A stretch of 18,635 nucleotides of DNA from Candidatus Hydrogenedentota bacterium (GTDB lineage Bacteria > Hydrogenedentota > Hydrogenedentia > Hydrogenedentales > JAEUWI01): the NCBI GenBank assembly GCA_034669905.1, contig JAXMOL010000081.1, forward strand, positions 1 to 18,635, in the 5' to 3' direction. Under the pieces are notes generated by a model that did no database searches, had not been told where the DNA came from, and worked only from the letters and a program-made list of their open reading frames with translations. Made by a program: the position numbers and the translations under genes. How positions within the stretch are numbered: the stretch's first letter is position 1; the number at the start of each line of letters is the position of its first letter. This document shows, in pieces, positions 18,214-18,635 of this stretch.

Positions 18214-18303
18214 ACAACACGTCTCACTCTCCACACAACCACTAACTTCACCTATGGCACGACATCTTTTCCCGCGCCCACGCAATGGGACACGTGCGAG
18301 GCA

Positions 18304-18333
18304 AGGCTACCAACTACGCGGCGTTGTCTGCAA
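18304..18333 (-). promoter_or_regulatory. Possible sigma70 promoter for GT-C / sulfotransferase / flippase
   Basis: Minus strand TTGCAG-18 nt-TAGCCT with a TGn extension. Confidence 0.3.
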
Positions 18334-18369
18334 ATCGACAGAACGCCACACCGGTCAAGAATTTCGATA

Positions 18370-18635
18370 CTATTCTTTCCCCGAGAAACCGGCGTAGCCC
18401 ATCAACACAAGCGCCGTCACCCCCAGCAAGAACAGGTCGGCCAGGCGCTCTGAGATGCCCTTCAGCAGATCTGATTTACTCATGGTGCATCCGGCTGGCG
18501 CTTCGCCTTCGCCTTCGCCTTCGCCTTCGCCTTCGCCTTCGCCTTCGCCTTCGCCTTCGCCTTCGCCTTCGCCTTCGCCTTCGCCTTCGCCTTCACCTTC
18601 ACCTTCACCTTCACCTTCACCTTCACCTTCACCTT
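18370..18635 (-). CDS. C-terminus of a GE-repeat surface protein with Gly-Cys + transmembrane tail, 5'-partial
   Basis: Manual translation: (GE)n-APAGCTMSKSDLLKGISERLADLFLLGVTALVLMGYAGFSGKE-TAG (stop 18370-18372). Not in the ORF track. Confidence 0.88.
   Translation of the reverse strand, partial: GEGEGEGEGEGEGEGEGEGEGEGEGEGEGEGEGEGEGEGEGEGEAPAGCTMSKSDLLKGISERLADLFLLGVTALVLMGYAGFSGKE
18501..18635 (-). repeat. Coding hexamer tandem repeat, about 22 units, encoding (Gly-Glu)n
   Basis: CTTCGC x15 (18501-18590) then CTTCAC x7.5 to the contig end. Confidence 0.97.

Noticed and set aside
17..18635. Plasmid, phage or defence island
   Set aside because: No replication, integrase, structural, nuclease or defence-type domains recognised.

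Overview
Bacterial chromosomal contig of roughly 60% GC (estimated by eye). Both ends break inside in-frame (Gly-Glu)n hexamer arrays, and the first 16 nt are leftover Illumina adapter. GEGEGE-linker surface proteins suggest Candidatus Hydrogenedentota; this is recalled pattern recognition, not a marker-gene call. Two minus-strand partial genes were missed by the ORF track. At the left end is a secreted seven-repeat SBBP-type beta-propeller protein running into a GE array. At the right end is the C-terminus of a GE-array protein ending in a Gly-Cys / amphipathic / transmembrane tail that resembles a Cys-type C-terminal sorting signal. Between them, left to right: an apparently orphan RHH antitoxin-like gene; a lower-GC membrane protein gene; a coupled pair encoding a single-TM helical protein and a polytopic membrane protein with a winged-helix-like insert and a DUF1232/YkvA C-terminus; a DUF58 + DUF4129 pair with no adjacent MoxR; an aldo/keto reductase; a small membrane protein; and an approximately 8 kb convergent glycan-modification locus (AlkP-superfamily phosphodiesterase-like enzyme, DPM-like GT2, GT4, SAM methyltransferase, flippase-like protein, sulfotransferase, GT-C). 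The best candidate for a novel system is a lipid-linked, sulfated or methylated glycosylation pathway next to a surface protein with a putative C-terminal Cys sorting signal. I saw no rRNA, tRNA, CRISPR array or transposase. All family assignments come from motif recognition, not database searches.
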